A stretch of 64,000 nt of DNA from assembly GCF_018977255.1 (NCBI RefSeq), contig NW_024704742.1, forward strand, positions 135,162,001-135,226,000, written 5' to 3'. Position numbers and translations under genes: made by a program. This stretch comes from Callorhinchus milii. Its lineage: Eukaryota. Below, piece after piece: positions 1-13,991 of this stretch. A model generated the notes under the pieces. That model was not told the origin of the DNA. It saw nothing but the letters and a program-made list of their open reading frames with translations, and made no database searches. Position 1 is the first letter of the stretch, and each line of letters begins with the position of its first letter.

Positions 1-847
1 GGGGCTGTGGTATGTGAGTGGCAGCCAACATTGTGCCTGTGTGCTGGTTCCCCCTTCTGACGGAGTCAAGTATCAGCAAACACGTCACATCAACACAGAC
101 CTTCACAGCATCTCAGAACGTCATTCACAAACCAGCTCAGTAAGTTTAAACCAGAATCTTTCATACTGACAACCCTGCTGCTGACGTGTGGCAATCTGAG
201 ACACTGATGTACACATGCGGCGTTACACAAATCTTGGAACCATTTTTGCAGTTCAGAATCAGCATTCCTCTAAAAAGATTCCTCTTCAACCGCGCCTTCG
301 GTTATCCTCCTATTCCCACCCTCCTTGCCCTCCGCCCCTCCTGATCCCAACCCCCAGCTCGGGTGCAAATCTTTGACTGTCCAGCACCTTGGGATGTCCT
401 CGCAAACTAAAATGTGCGATAAAAATGTAATTTGTTGTTGTTATTATTCATAACAAATAGCTTCAGCAAGCATCAGCAATATATTTTACTGAAAAAAATA
501 CCCCAAATTTGCCATGGTTTTTAACTCATGACTAAAACTTAGTCTCAGAGATTGAAGATGTATTACTTTACATCGTAACATTTAAGACAGTGCGCAGAAA
601 TTTGGAAAATTCTTAAATTCAGTCTCAATTTGAAAACAGTTTCTTTGCTGAACACTGCTGAACACAAACATCTCAATTAAGAGTGAATTTAGGAATTTTC
701 TTAAATTTTGAAATTATGAAACAATGGTGTTAAAGCCAAGATCATTGCAGAGTTTGTTACGCTGCCCAACAAAATACAGTCACTGCAATTTACAGTAAAA
801 TACTGTGAAGCGCTCTGGTCGTGAAAGGTGCACATCAAATGTAATGA

Positions 848-1210
848 TAATAATCATCCTTGCATTTGTGATGTCTCAATGCACTTTACAGAATACCTTG
901 TAAAGTGGTTTGACAGTGTATTTTGTGGGCAAAACACAGCAGCCAATTGCGCACAGCAAAGTCCCACAAACAGTCATGGATTGAGTGAACCAGATTGAGC
1001 AGATTGAGAAGGAACAGGATGTGAGCATGTTTTTATTGGGGGGGTGGGGGAGCAATTATTATCTTCAGAAATCGATCCGCTAATCAACTAACAACCAGGT
1101 TCCTACTTACTGCTAGGTGAACAGAGGTATGTAGAGTAAGGAAATTTGCTAAGGTTTTACCCACCCGGGTCCTCTCGCTTGCTCACTAACTGCTATGCTA
1201 CAGGACTCCA
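848..1210 (-). mobile_element. tRNA-derived SINE, long subfamily (diverged)
   Basis: Head remnant ggagtcctgtagc, central cacctagcagtaagtaggaacc, body ctgtgcgcaattggctgc, tail aaatgcaaggat(tat)n. Confidence 0.85.
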
Positions 1211-1708
1211 TATCCAAGCATTAATAATTCTTACATAGTCCATGTGAGGATTCTTAAGAGTAAAGGCAATAAAGTTAAAACCCACATTATGATTAACTAA
1301 TCTTGTTTAAATGTTGGATATAAAATATAACTTCTTGTATGAATGCTAGGATTTATTCAGTCCAGTTAGGCTCCTGCTTGTTCCTTAAGGCTATTATATA
1401 TAGTAACAGGTCATAAAACTGTAACAAACCATTTTTAGTGACAGAGAAGCATTTGCTGCAAGACAAAATTTAAAAATGAACTAGTCACCTATAGCATTCA
1501 TCATTTTTATTCTCAGCATGTAAGGCAAACAGCAAACTGTGGATGGAATTGCACATATGAGCCACGCACCCCAGGGACCACAATGAACAATGCGATGCAC
1601 TAGATTTTGTGCGAGTCTTTTGCTTGCACCACTTTTCTTCTACCAGATTGAGCAGATTGAGAAGGAGCAGGATATATGGGTCCGTTCAGATGTCGCGTAG
1701 ATTGAGAA

Positions 1709-2028
1709 AAATAATAATAATAATAATCCTTGCATTTGATATAGCGCTTTTCACGTCGGGAGGACGTCCCAAAGCACTTCACAGAATATACTGTAAAGTG
1801 AATTGACTGTATATTTGTGGGCGAACGCGGCAGCTAATTGCGCACAGCAATGTCCCACAAACAGTCATAGATTGAAAATGACCAATTTATTATTGTTTTT
1901 GGTTTTTGGAGGGATTATTATTAGGCTCTTTAGGAAACTTGCCCAAGGTTTCGCCCTCTGCCTGGAATTGAACTCCGGTCTCTCGCTCGCAAAGCGAGTC
2001 CTCTAACCACTGAGCTACAGGACTCCAC
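1709..2028 (-). mobile_element. tRNA(Ala)-like SINE, young short subfamily
   Basis: A-box gtagctcagtgg, B-box gagttcaattcc, anticodon arm ctcgc-tttgcga-gcgag, (TTA)n tail; near-identical to the copies at 19034, 53023 and 58977. Confidence 0.92.
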
Positions 2029-2124
2029 AAAAAGGAGCTCCTCATTGCATTACCATCAATCATGATCCACTTTTAAACCCAACAAAAACCTCCCCAATTA
2101 TACAGTCCACGAGAAAATCCCAAG

Positions 2125-2598
2125 ATACGTGATGTTAAGTTAAATCAACACCTGGCATGGTAAATGATATGGTAAAAGGGTATCCACATCACACTAGTTC
2201 TTGCCAGGTTCCATTGACGCCCTATCACCGAATGGTCGATTTCAAGATCCTCACACTTGTCTTCAAATTCCTTCATGCTCTGGCACCTCCCTACCTCTCC
2301 GACCTGCTTACTCCCCAACCCACTGCTCGCCACCCAACTGGCTCCGGCCTTCTGCATGTCCCTCGTGCCCTTCGTTCCACCATCAGCAGCTGAGCTTTCA
2401 GCCACTACGCCCCGAAAGTCTGAAACATTTTCCCTTAAACCCTTGGCCTTGCCCCATCCCCATCTTCAGATCGCACCTTCCTCTTCGACCGTGCTTACGG
2501 TCACCTCCGGCTGACTCGGCGTCAAATTCCACCACCGTAAAGCGCTCTGAGAAACTACCCTGCATGAGGGGCGCTATTTATAGGCAAGTTGTTGTTGT
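2125..2598 (+). mobile_element. L2 LINE 3' fragment (old)
   Basis: FKILTLVFKFLHALAPPYLSDLL L2 ORF2 C-terminal motif; (GTT)n tail. Confidence 0.85.
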
Positions 2599-3284
2599 AA
2601 ATACTTCTTGTTCAGAGCAATAAATTGGAATTTAACACGCAATTGTCTTCATCTTAAAATAAAACCCATAAGATCAACACTGTTCCCCTGCAAAAAAAAT
2701 TATAATTCTGAATAATAGGATCGAAAAAGCATCTTACAGTTAGACGTTCCTAAATTATCAAATAGAAATGACTCCGATGTGCCAGAGATGGAGTGCTCTC
2801 TTCCCCTATCCCTGCCAACACAGTTCTGACATCAATAAAGCTGCGTTGTGTCTTTCCCAAACATAGCTCAAACATCATGACTTTCAGCAGCCGATTGGCA
2901 GGACCATCTTTTTACTAAGAAACATCATGAACATCAGTACAGTGGATGGTGTTCTGGGGAGAGGGGGTTGTGGCCTGTTAAGCACACAGCTAGATAAGTT
3001 TCCTTACTCAATTCGCGTCTGTTTACCTAGCAGTAAGTAGGAACCCAGTTGTTCCGTCGATTGGCGGATCGCTTTCCGGGGGTTATAATCCCTTCAAGAA
3101 CAAAAATAAATAAAAAATAATAATTTGGTCACTCAACCCAAGATTGTTGGTGGGACATGTTCCGCCCACAAAAGATAAAGTCACTTCACTTTACAGTATA
3201 TCCTGTGAAGCGCTTTAAGACGTCTCAACAATGTGATGAGACACTATATCAAATGCAAGGATGATGATTATCATTATTATTATG

Positions 3285-3620
3285 ATCAACGAGTCAACCA
3301 ACAAGGCTAGACCTCTTTGAGCTTCCCCCTTGGCAAGTTCTGTCCAATTCACAGAGTATAATTGTGTCCTATTCTTACTTGCTATATGAAATACCTCACA
3401 TTTATCTGCATTTAACTTCATTTACTCGCCATCAGCCTATATGCATATCTCTTTGCAAGTCTCTTGCTTCTTCCTGATAAAACAGTTCCCTCCAACTTGG
3501 TGTTATCAGCAAATTTAACTACCTTTCACTGTGTCTGCAAATCCAGGTTATTAATATGTACAAGCATACAGATCTGAGCCCTGAGGCACCCCACTTAATA
3601 GTTCCCCCAATTTGACCTAG
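3285..3620 (-). mobile_element. CR1 LINE RT fragment
   Basis: Decayed RT motifs GVPQGS, KFADNTKL and MKLNADKCEVFH on the minus strand. Confidence 0.7.
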
Positions 3621-3962
3621 TATTCCTAAGAATTTTGAACGCATTCAGCAGGTAAAGGAAATAACTGGTGAATCATGTTATCGTATGAAATAATTTAGTG
3701 TGGGAGCAAATGGGTTTAATGGAATGGTCATGGTGTGGGAACAGATTTTGCAGGTATTGAAGATACATCAATGAAACAGTCAGTGCAGTGCACTGTGGCA
3801 GTAAAAAAAGGAAATAAGATACTACTGGGTTGCGTTTGTATCTGGGTGGAATACAAATCATAGAGGTTATAATACTGTAGTATGTCAAGTGCAGTTATCG
3901 CCATCTTAATCTTCAGAAGAACATTACAGCCTTTTTAGGGTTTACAAAGCTAAGTAGCCGAG

Positions 3963-4323
3963 ATAATAATAATAATAAACCTTGCATTTGATATAGCATC
4001 TTATCATGTCATTGAGACGTCTCAAAGAGCTTCACAGAATATAATGTAAAGTGGATTGACTTTGCATTTTGTGGGTGAAACGTGGCAGTCAATTGCGCAC
4101 AAACAGTCGTGGATTGAGTGACCACATTCTTTTTGGGGGGTGGGTACGGGGGGGGGGACGGATTATTATCCCCAGAAAATGATCCACCAATCGACTAATA
4201 ACCGGGTTCCCACTTACTGCTAGGTAAAATCAGCAAACTTGCCTAAGGTTTCGCCTTGCTCAGGAATCGAACCTGTATCCTTCCACTTCTGAGGCGAGCG
4301 CACTAACCACTACACTACGGGAT
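3963..4323 (-). mobile_element. tRNA-derived SINE, long subfamily
   Basis: Head gtagtgtagtggttag...ggttcgattcctg, with the shared body and tail. Confidence 0.88.
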
Positions 4324-5826
4324 TGAAGAATTTAGGTGGAGGATATGAGAAAATAAGCTATGTAGGTCTGTGCTTGACTGCAAGCAAAAGAGAATACAGC
4401 ATCTCTATTGAAACTTGTGAGTGTGCAGCTCCACTGACACTGTGCACAACAGTTTCTAGACTACTGCAGGTCCAACATTTGATGGGAGGGGGAGAAAATA
4501 GAGAAAAACACTACATTTATGAATGACGATAAAATGCTATTCACACACACACACACTCACTCCACATCCCTCCCAACTTCAGTGGCTCAAAACCAATACT
4601 TCACGCCTGTAAATCCCAAATGAATCAATTTCTCTCGAATCCTGCAAATTCAGCTCATTCAATCGCAGTTGGTGAGCTTCCTGTAGTCTATTTTCAGAGC
4701 TATTTTAAAGTAGCCTTATTTGTAATGCATCTCTCTCTTGTCAGAAGCAGGAAGGCCCTTCTGACCAACAGGGCGGTGGTGCCTTTCTATTATCCTCCTG
4801 AAGATCCCAAGTCTTTCAACAGCAGGTTCCATCACTGTGGCAGAAGCCCTTATGATAGCACCCGCATACATTTTTCATAAAGTGATTAGTCCTTCATCAG
4901 CTCAGCTGCTCGTATTCTTGCCTCATCCTAATTGTTGCCACGAAGGGAGAGAAGCGATTGCAGCTGTTATACAACCCGGCAGGGCTCCGCAGGCCATAGA
5001 TTTTAATGTTTTGGGGGAAGCTTGAGTAATCACGGCGATTTCAATTGCTGTTAGCTCTTAATTGCGCTATAAAACAGCGCTATTAAAAATTCACAGCCGA
5101 AAATAAAGTGGAGCCCGCCACTGTAACGCCACTCCTGCAGTGCACTTGTGAATGAATGACATCAAGCAGATCAACAAAAGGTTACCGATAAATGCCATCC
5201 TGAAAATTAGAACTACCTAATTGCACATTTGCTGGTACGGACACACACACACGTATACATGTATAACTCCCACGCACATACATACATGCACACAATAAAC
5301 ATCAAACCCTCCTAACCGTGCTTAATTACAGGTTTACTGGCCCTATGGTCTGCGAGAGAGCCACTCTCATCCACGGCACAAACTTGATCATCAGTCAGTT
5401 ACTCGAGCTGGAGAGTGCACTTAAGAGGACATCATTATCCCTCCTTCTCCTCCACGATTAAATAGCTCACTACGACTAACTGGGCTCACCCGGAGACTAG
5501 GCATTTGGAAACCATACCCCATTCCTGCAGTACTTCTTGTTTGTTTCTTAAAGAATCCTGTTAAAAATCACCACTTATTAGACCCCATACCGGACTCCTT
5601 GGTCTGCTAAAAACAAATATATTCGCAAATACAAATGTATCTGTATATTCCCAAATTATACAGTCAATTCATCTGGCAGTATATTCTGTGAAGCGCTTCG
5701 ACGTCATGATAAGACGCGATATAAAATGCAAGGATTATTATTATCATGCAAGTTAACAGGACGAGTTAATTGTGCGTCATTAGTAGAATAGTCTTGTAAT
5801 ATTTCGGTGCTAACAGCCAAAGTTTA

Positions 5827-6372
<546 letters not shown>

Positions 6373-7623
6373 CTATGTTATGTGGGCAAAACGTAGCCGT
6401 CAATTGCGCACAGCAGTGTCCTGCAAATAGTCGTGGATTGAAGCGAACAAACTACCAAACTTCACTATTTAAAGAGAGAAAGGAGGGATTATTTACCAAA
6501 CCATTCCGCAGATGAAATTAGTCATTGACTTCATGGCTATATGTGGGACAGCAATGTATCCCTCCAGCTCCCCCCCACCCCCTGATCCCAACCCCCAGCT
6601 CGGGTCTGAATCCCTGACTGACCAGGGCCTTGGGACATCTTCCCGACGTGAAAGGCGCTGTATAAATGTAAGTTTGTGGTGCTGTTGCTGTGGACAAATT
6701 GGCTGCTGTGTTCCCCTACAAAGTATAACAGCAACACAACTACACTTAAAAAGCGCTCTTCACACACAGAACTTCCAGGAAACCCTATGGAGAGCTTTGA
6801 GTCATCTCGACAAGGCTCTCTATCAAATGCGAGGATTATTTTATTTATCTTGCTTTATCTTCAAATCAAAAGTATCACAGCAGTTCACTTCAAAGAGCAT
6901 CCCATTTGGAAGACATACTGATGTTCCAATTAATTCCAACTTTAAAAAGCCATAGATAATTAATGTTTAGCTGTAAAAGCATAAGTATACCGCTGTCAAC
7001 ACATGCATCAGTTGTTTTCCAACATATATTACAGCAAAATGAGTCAGTTAAGAAATTAAAATAGTCGGAGAGATTCTTAACCTCTATGAATTTATTATTT
7101 TTTGGTGTTCTGTATTTCGTCCTAAAATACACAGTCGATTCACTTTACAATATATTCTGTGAAGCGCTTTGAAACATCTCAATGACATGATAAGGTACTA
7201 TATCAAATGCAAGGATTATTATTATTATTTGCGATTTTAGTTTAGGTCTCGATAACAAGGGGTTAAATGCAGTGAGCGAGTTGGCTTTTAGCGAGCTTCT
7301 AATAAAACTCCCACTTTATTACACTCGCCATGGCAAGCAAGTGATTATTGGCCTCTCATGGTCTGGGAGCTAAGGAAGAGGGGCTGGAAACAGTTGGTTC
7401 TGGCAGTGGGAGAGCTGAAGCAAACGACTTCAGAGGGCAGTTGATGTTACAGAAGTGCTCAGGCTACAGCATCACCATGACTGATGGGAAAATACTTGAG
7501 CCGTTTTGTTTAGAAGCAGTTGAGGATGGACTGGTGTGCTTGAAAGCTCCTGTAGAAGCAGTTCAGAATGGAGAGTGACCATTATCGCTTCCTGTATTCA
7601 AGGTGTGCTAAGTAAAGCAGTTT

Positions 7624-7935
7624 TAATAATAATAATCCTTGCATTTGATATTGCACCTGATCATATCGTTGAGATGTCTCAAAGCGCTTCATAGAATATA
7701 CTGTGAATTGATTGTATGTTTTATGGGCAAAACGGGACAACCAATTGGCACAGCAGCGTCCTACAAACATTTGTGGATTGAGTTACCAATAGACTGACAA
7801 CCGGGTTCCTACTTACTGTTAGATAAACAGAGGCGTGTGGAGTAAGGAAACTTATCTGTTTCACCCCGCCCGGGAATCAAACCCGGATCCTCTCATGTGA
7901 GGTGAGCACGCTAAGCACTTCGCTAGGGGACTCCA
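7624..7935 (-). mobile_element. tRNA-derived SINE, long subfamily
   Basis: Same head, body and tail as the other copies. Confidence 0.88.
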
Positions 7936-8627
7936 TGCTTTCCTTGATGTGTGAATGAAATTTACTACATCCATATTGTGTTCATTGATAGTTAGTGATT
8001 AAATTGTGCTTTGTCCCCACACATTTTTCAAACAGCCACATTAACAGGAAGTTGCTGGGCTCAAATGACCCCTGCTTTTGCTGTCCGTTGACAGGTTCCT
8101 TTACTTGAATTGAAACTTAGTTCCCCTCAACAATAACGACGACAACAAATTACACTTGTCTAGCGCCTTTCAATTCGGGAGGACGTCCCAGGGCGCTGGA
8201 CAGTCAGGGATTCGGACCCGAGTAGGGGGTTGGGATCAGGAAGGGTGGATGGCAAGGAGGGTAGGGGTAGAGGGTGGCCGAGCATGCGATCGAAGAGGGT
8301 CTTGAGACAGCTGGCCTGTCTCAGGTTGTAGGCCTGAGCATGAGTGAAAATATTTGTAACTCTATTTGATACAGCACCTTGTCGGGTCGTCAAGACTTCT
8401 CAAAGCACTCGACAATTTTACTGTGAAGTGTAGGGGCTGATTTGAAGGCAAATGCAGCAGCTAATTTCCCCACAGCAATGTCCCACAATCAGCCATGAAG
8501 CGAGTGAGCAATTTTATCTGGGGGATTGTTGGACAACACACCAGGAGAAATCAGAAGGTTGTGGGTTCAAGCCTCGACTTTGAACTCACTTAAACCAGGG
8601 ACCCTCCCTGCTTTATCTATCATTAAA

Positions 8628-8830
8628 TCTCAGTGTATTGCTGGTAAAGTGCTGCATTGCTGCAGATTCCATCCTTTAGATGAAATGTTAAACTGAGGTC
8701 CTGTCTGCCTGTTCAGGTGGATGTTAAAGCTGTTAATGTCCCTCCTCGCATCCCACCCAACAATCCCACAGACAAAATTGGTCATTCGCTTCACGGCTAT
8801 TTGTGGGATATCGCTGCCTGCAAATTGGGC
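8628..8830 (+). mobile_element. Old Deu-domain SINE fragment
   Basis: cctttagatgaaatgttaaactgaggtcctgtctgcctgttcaggtggatgttaaa resembles the DeuSINE core; similar pieces at about 21555-21730, 34640-34935, 50895-51125 (-) and 61585-61690. Confidence 0.7.
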
Positions 8831-10017
8831 ACACTGGAGAGGGGGAAAAATAATTTCAATTGAATATAGCATTTAATTCGACTTATAGGTTTCACTGCCC
8901 CACAGTATAGCAGCTCTCAGATGACCAACCTTCCTTGTAAATTAGAGCAACCATCTTCACAGGCTGAGTATCATAGCCTGCAAAACCACAGCAAAATCAA
9001 CATCTCTCCAACCCGGCCTCCAGCGATCTCCAATGATACACAAGACATTTCTGCTGGGAGCACTTCTTCGCTTAAGAGGCTCTTCAAGTTTGTGACACAT
9101 CCAGTGGACCATGATGGCCTATTTTCTCTCAGCCTTCTATACCAGCTAATGTGCCTAATGTAGCCTGAAATGTTGACTTTCAACACTCTGCTCTCTTAAA
9201 AGATTTATTAAGAATGAAAACTACACTGAAATGAACCCGGCTCTGTCTCTTTCGCTGGTTCTGTCTGCGAGCATATTTGCAGCATCAATTAAGGAAACAC
9301 AATTTAAATAAGAATAGTGGAGGCTATGCTTTCTAAATACACTCACTGAAGCTCAGTTTTATCCAGGCGGAGAGGATGAGGCGCATTAAGCATGTGGGTA
9401 TACACAAAGTATGCCTACTGCAGATACTCCAATCTGACAACACGTCAAATGCTCAGTATCGACTCCGAGTCACTTAACCCACATTCAGGTGCAACTTTCC
9501 TCGACAAATTAAAAACCGCATTGCCAGAAAATAACTGAACTATGTTGAGCAACTCGTAATTGGCTTACGAGTTTCGTCCACAAAATATACAGTCAATCCA
9601 CTCTACAATATTTTCTGTGATGCGCTTTGAGACGTTTAAACGACGTGATAAGGCGCTATATCAAATGCAAGGATTATTAATATAAGTGAAGGAAGCAAGG
9701 ACTCTGGTTACGATAGAACTAATTCCCCTGCTGGAGCCACCTGCTGTTAACTGGTTCTCCTGCTCTTTCTCCATTCCAACAAACGAATCACGGAAAAATA
9801 TTTTTCATGGCGTCTTATTTCCAGGCACGATCGCTGATGTGAATGATATAATTTGTGTTGTGGGTATCAAAGCTCGCCTCACAGATCTTTCCCTCAGGAG
9901 TCGATAGTAGCCCATCTAATGTGCCATTAGATGGGCTACTCCGTTTGAAAGTTTCTCTTTCAGTGAAGTACAGTGCATGTGCTGACACTTGCAATCGCTT
10001 CTCTGATGTTCAGCTCA

Positions 10018-10296
<279 letters not shown>

Positions 10297-10466
10297 CTAT
10301 AGCAACAATATAAAACAGAAACAGTTTGGATATGCATATTCAAACACTAGTCTAGATAATAATAATAATAATCTTTGCATTTAATACAGCGCCTTATCAC
10401 GACTTCGAAACATCTCAAAGCGCTTCACAGAATATACTGTAAAGTGAATTGATTGTATATTCTGTA

Positions 10467-11300
10467 CAACAACAAGAAGATTCCATTTATAGAGCGCCTT
10501 TCACGTCGGGAGGACGTCCCAAGGCGCTGTACAGTTGGGTCAGGACCCGAGCAGGGGGAAAATGGTCAGGGTGAGGGAAGGGAAGGGAGGGAGCGAGGAG
10601 TGGGTAGAGAGTCGAGAGGGGAGCTGAAGGCACGGTCAAAGAGAAAGGTCTTGAGACCGGCCTTGAAGGAGGAAAGGGAGGAGGCGGTGAAGGCACTGGG
10701 GGATAGAGTTCCAGAGCCTTGGGGTTGAGAGGCTGAAGTCCCGGTCACCGATGGTAGGGCGGTTGGGGCGGGGGATGTGGAGCGATCGGAGCAAGAGGAA
10801 CGGATGGTACGGGCAGGTAGGTATGGGGATAGTAGGTCAAAGAGGTAGGAGGGAGCGAGGCCGTGAATGGCCTTGCAGGTGAGGATGAGGATCTTGAATT
10901 CGATCCTCTGGAGGATGGGGAGCCAGTGGTGGCGAGCGAGGGTGAGTGATGTGGTCCCGAAGCCTGGTGCGGGACAGTACACGAGCTGCAGAGTTCAGAA
11001 TGACCTGCAGCTTGTGGGGGGAGGTACCGGGAAGGCCGGCGAGGAGAGAGTTCCCATAGTCCAGCCTTGAGGTGATAAAGGCGTGGACCAGGGTTTCAGC
11101 AGCGTGAGGGGTGAGGTAGTGCCGTAGTCTGGCGATATTCCGGAGGTGATGGAAGGCGGTGCCAGCTGTGGCGCGGATATGAGGGAGAAAGGACAGCTCA
11201 GGGTCGAACAAGAACACCGAGGTTCCTGACCGGCTTCAAAAGGTGGAGAGTGCAGCCTTGGATGCTGATGCTGTCAGCGCCTGAGGTGCTGAGGTTCTGT
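10467..11300 (-). mobile_element. L2 LINE, young, 5'-truncated
   Basis: ORF2 C-terminus HLRNIARLRHYLT...HAFITSRLDYGNSLLAG...WLPI..RIEFKIL; 3' tail gacgtgaaaggcgctctataaatggaatc(ttg)n. Confidence 0.95.
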
Positions 11301-12016
11301 AGGTGAAACTCGGCAGCCACTGCACATTGCAGCGACCCACAAATAATCGTGGATTGAGTTATATATAGATCTAAAAACAGGTTTTTTGGTCTATATAAAT
11401 TTTCATCAGCTAAAACACATAATCGTTTCATTTTGATTTAGCATCTTATCACGTCATCGAAACATCTCAAAGCACTTCACAGGATACACACTGGACAGAT
11501 AGCTCTTCCATACCTGTCCTTAACTCAGCAGAGTAATTACTCCCAGTAGTAGGAAAAAACATACTTTTTAATGAAGAAACCAAATACATGACACCCCCGC
11601 CCCTACACAGACAAATCACCACCAAATGCACAGTAATAAGTGCAGTATTAAATTTAGTATTCATATTACTGCAGAGCCATCTCAGCTGCAACTTTAGTAA
11701 AATTCTATCACATGCCAATTAGTTGCAAATCCTTGCTAGAAAGTATGTCAGATTTTATAAGGAACCTCCACAATAAACAGTATATTCAGTTCTATTTTGT
11801 ATCAGCCTGGTTTTGTAGCACAAGTCTATAAAAATGCTGACTTTCTTTCTTTCTTCCTTTCTAATTAAGCAAAAACAAACCAGGTGGCAATCCCACATTG
11901 AGACATGTTTAACAACTTAGTTGGGAACAATCTACTTAAATACGAAAGTGGTCATTACACGGAAGTGGATGTCTGAAAGGACAACTCAAAACCACAAACA
12001 TCAATTTTTAGGTAGT

Positions 12017-12300
12017 GGTCAGCCGGGTGTCTGACACATGCGGAAACCCATCACAGTGCTTAAGAGTATCCAAACCAAATTAAGAAAACCATCCATCCCA
12101 CCTGCACATGGAAATTCCAGAGAGATTGTTGGAATGGAATGGAACGCGCTATCTCCCCCAGAAGGGTTGTATCCTGCTTACCTAATTCCGGTAATTATTA
12201 GCCGCAGGTTGGCAAGAACCAAGGTTTGCGGACCCCAGAGTGTGCGTTGGGTTAACTGCTGGAGCCGAACCAACTGAAACCACATAGCTTACCATTGATA
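12017..12300. repeat. Unclassified ~280-bp interspersed structured repeat, copy 1
   Basis: Aligns in inverted orientation to 47036-47090 plus 47654-47868; shared blocks include gcttaagagtatccaaaccaa and atcctgcttacctaattccgg. Confidence 0.8.
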
Positions 12301-13647
12301 GCAATATCTGGCAAGCTTTCCCGCTGCTTGTCCAGCTAGGACCACTATACTCCTCGTCAATGAGCCCAGAAGTAACTATGTTCACTTGATTGTCTTATAA
12401 AATACGACACCTGTCTAAAAACTGAAATCAGATTTTCAACACATCGCAGTTGTCAATTGTGTGGTGAAATCAACATTATTTGTTCACCAAATTGTAGACA
12501 TATACGAGGGGTTGGGCATTTTATTAGTTTTATGAGGGCCTCGTTGAGTTACTGACTGTGATCTTGTGCAATAAAAGAAAATCAAATCAAAAATCCTTGT
12601 TCACTCCATTGCTTTTCGTTGGGAGTTAATTTTATTGCGTTCAGACACCCAATGTGCAAGGGCTTCTTTCCTTCTCTGCTGTGCTTTTTTTCCTCTGGTC
12701 GATAAAACAAAAAAAACACGAAAAAGACATTCTTATCATTGTCAATTTAGCTCAAAATAAAACGCAAGAGTAGAGGTGAAGGTGAAACTTCCCCTTCATT
12801 AAAATGTTTTAGCTAATATTTTATTTTAGCTGACCAATCCAATTTAGTCCCATGAAGGATTACGCCATCTAAAAATCATAGTGTTCAGAATAGCAGGAGG
12901 ACACATACGCCTGTGCTGGAGCCCAACCCACTGCCTCTGCTCGACTGGCTCCAGCCTCCTGCTTGTCCCTCGTGCCCTCCATTCCACCATCGGTGGTCGC
13001 GCTTTCAGCCGCTACTCCCCAAAACTCTGGAATACTCTCCCTCTCTTTGTGGCCAAACACCTTCCTCTTCCCGGGCCGATGGTCACCTCCCCTTTCCCCC
13101 AGCTCAGCGTCATGCTCCCACTTTCAAGCGATCTAGGACCCTACCCTGTGTGAGGGGTACTATATAAATGCAAGTTGTTGTTAGAGACATCCATTCTAAT
13201 CGCATTCTCCTGCTCATCCCTCATTCTCTCTTATTTTTTCCTCAATTCTTTATTCAATTTCCTTTCAAATACTGAGCCTCGGCTTTGACAGCAATGCATC
13301 AACGTGTTCATATTTTAACAGCCTTCTATGTTTTTTTTAAACAAAGATCTTCCAACCTCCACTCCATTTCCTGCAGATGTCCCTCCATTAATGCCCTTGC
13401 TCTGACTGGAATGCAAGGATTGATCATGCGAAAAATGGCTCAATTGTCCAACAACAGTAATAGCTGTCTTACTTGGGAAGGAAGCTACTTCGAATCATAC
13501 TTAGCACTTTACTCCAACAGCAACATCACTCTTACCGGTGTGTTTTGACAAGTGGAAATGCACAACCAAGGTAATGATTATCCATGCGCAGAGTTATATA
13601 GAGTTCCACAAGAACAGGAAAACCAGTCAGATCTTCAACTATATACA

Positions 13648-13991
13648 GGAGTCCTGTAACTCAGCACTTAGAGCGCTCGCCTTGCAAGCGAGAGACCTGG
13701 GTTCGACCCGGCAGGGCAAAATGTTGGACAAGTTTCCTTGCTCCACAAGCCTCTGCTTACCTAACAATAAGTAGGGACCCAGTTGTTAGTTGATTGTCGG
13801 ATCACTTTTCCAGGGGTAATAATTCCTTCAAAAAAAATAATAAATTGGTCACTCAAACCACGACTGTTGTGCGCAATTGGCTGCCGCGTTTTGCCCACAA
13901 TTCATTGTACAGTATATTCTCTGAAGTGTTCTGAGACATCTCGATGATATAAGGCACTATATCGAATGCAAGGATTATTGCTATTATTATT
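13648..13991 (+). mobile_element. tRNA-derived SINE, long subfamily
   Basis: Head ggagtcctgtaactcag...ctcgccttgcaagcgag...gggttcgaccc; (TTA)n tail. Confidence 0.88.

Noticed and set aside
4620..4960. Possible Myb/SANT-like Harbinger ORF remnant on the minus strand
   Set aside because: The similarity is too faint to support by eye.
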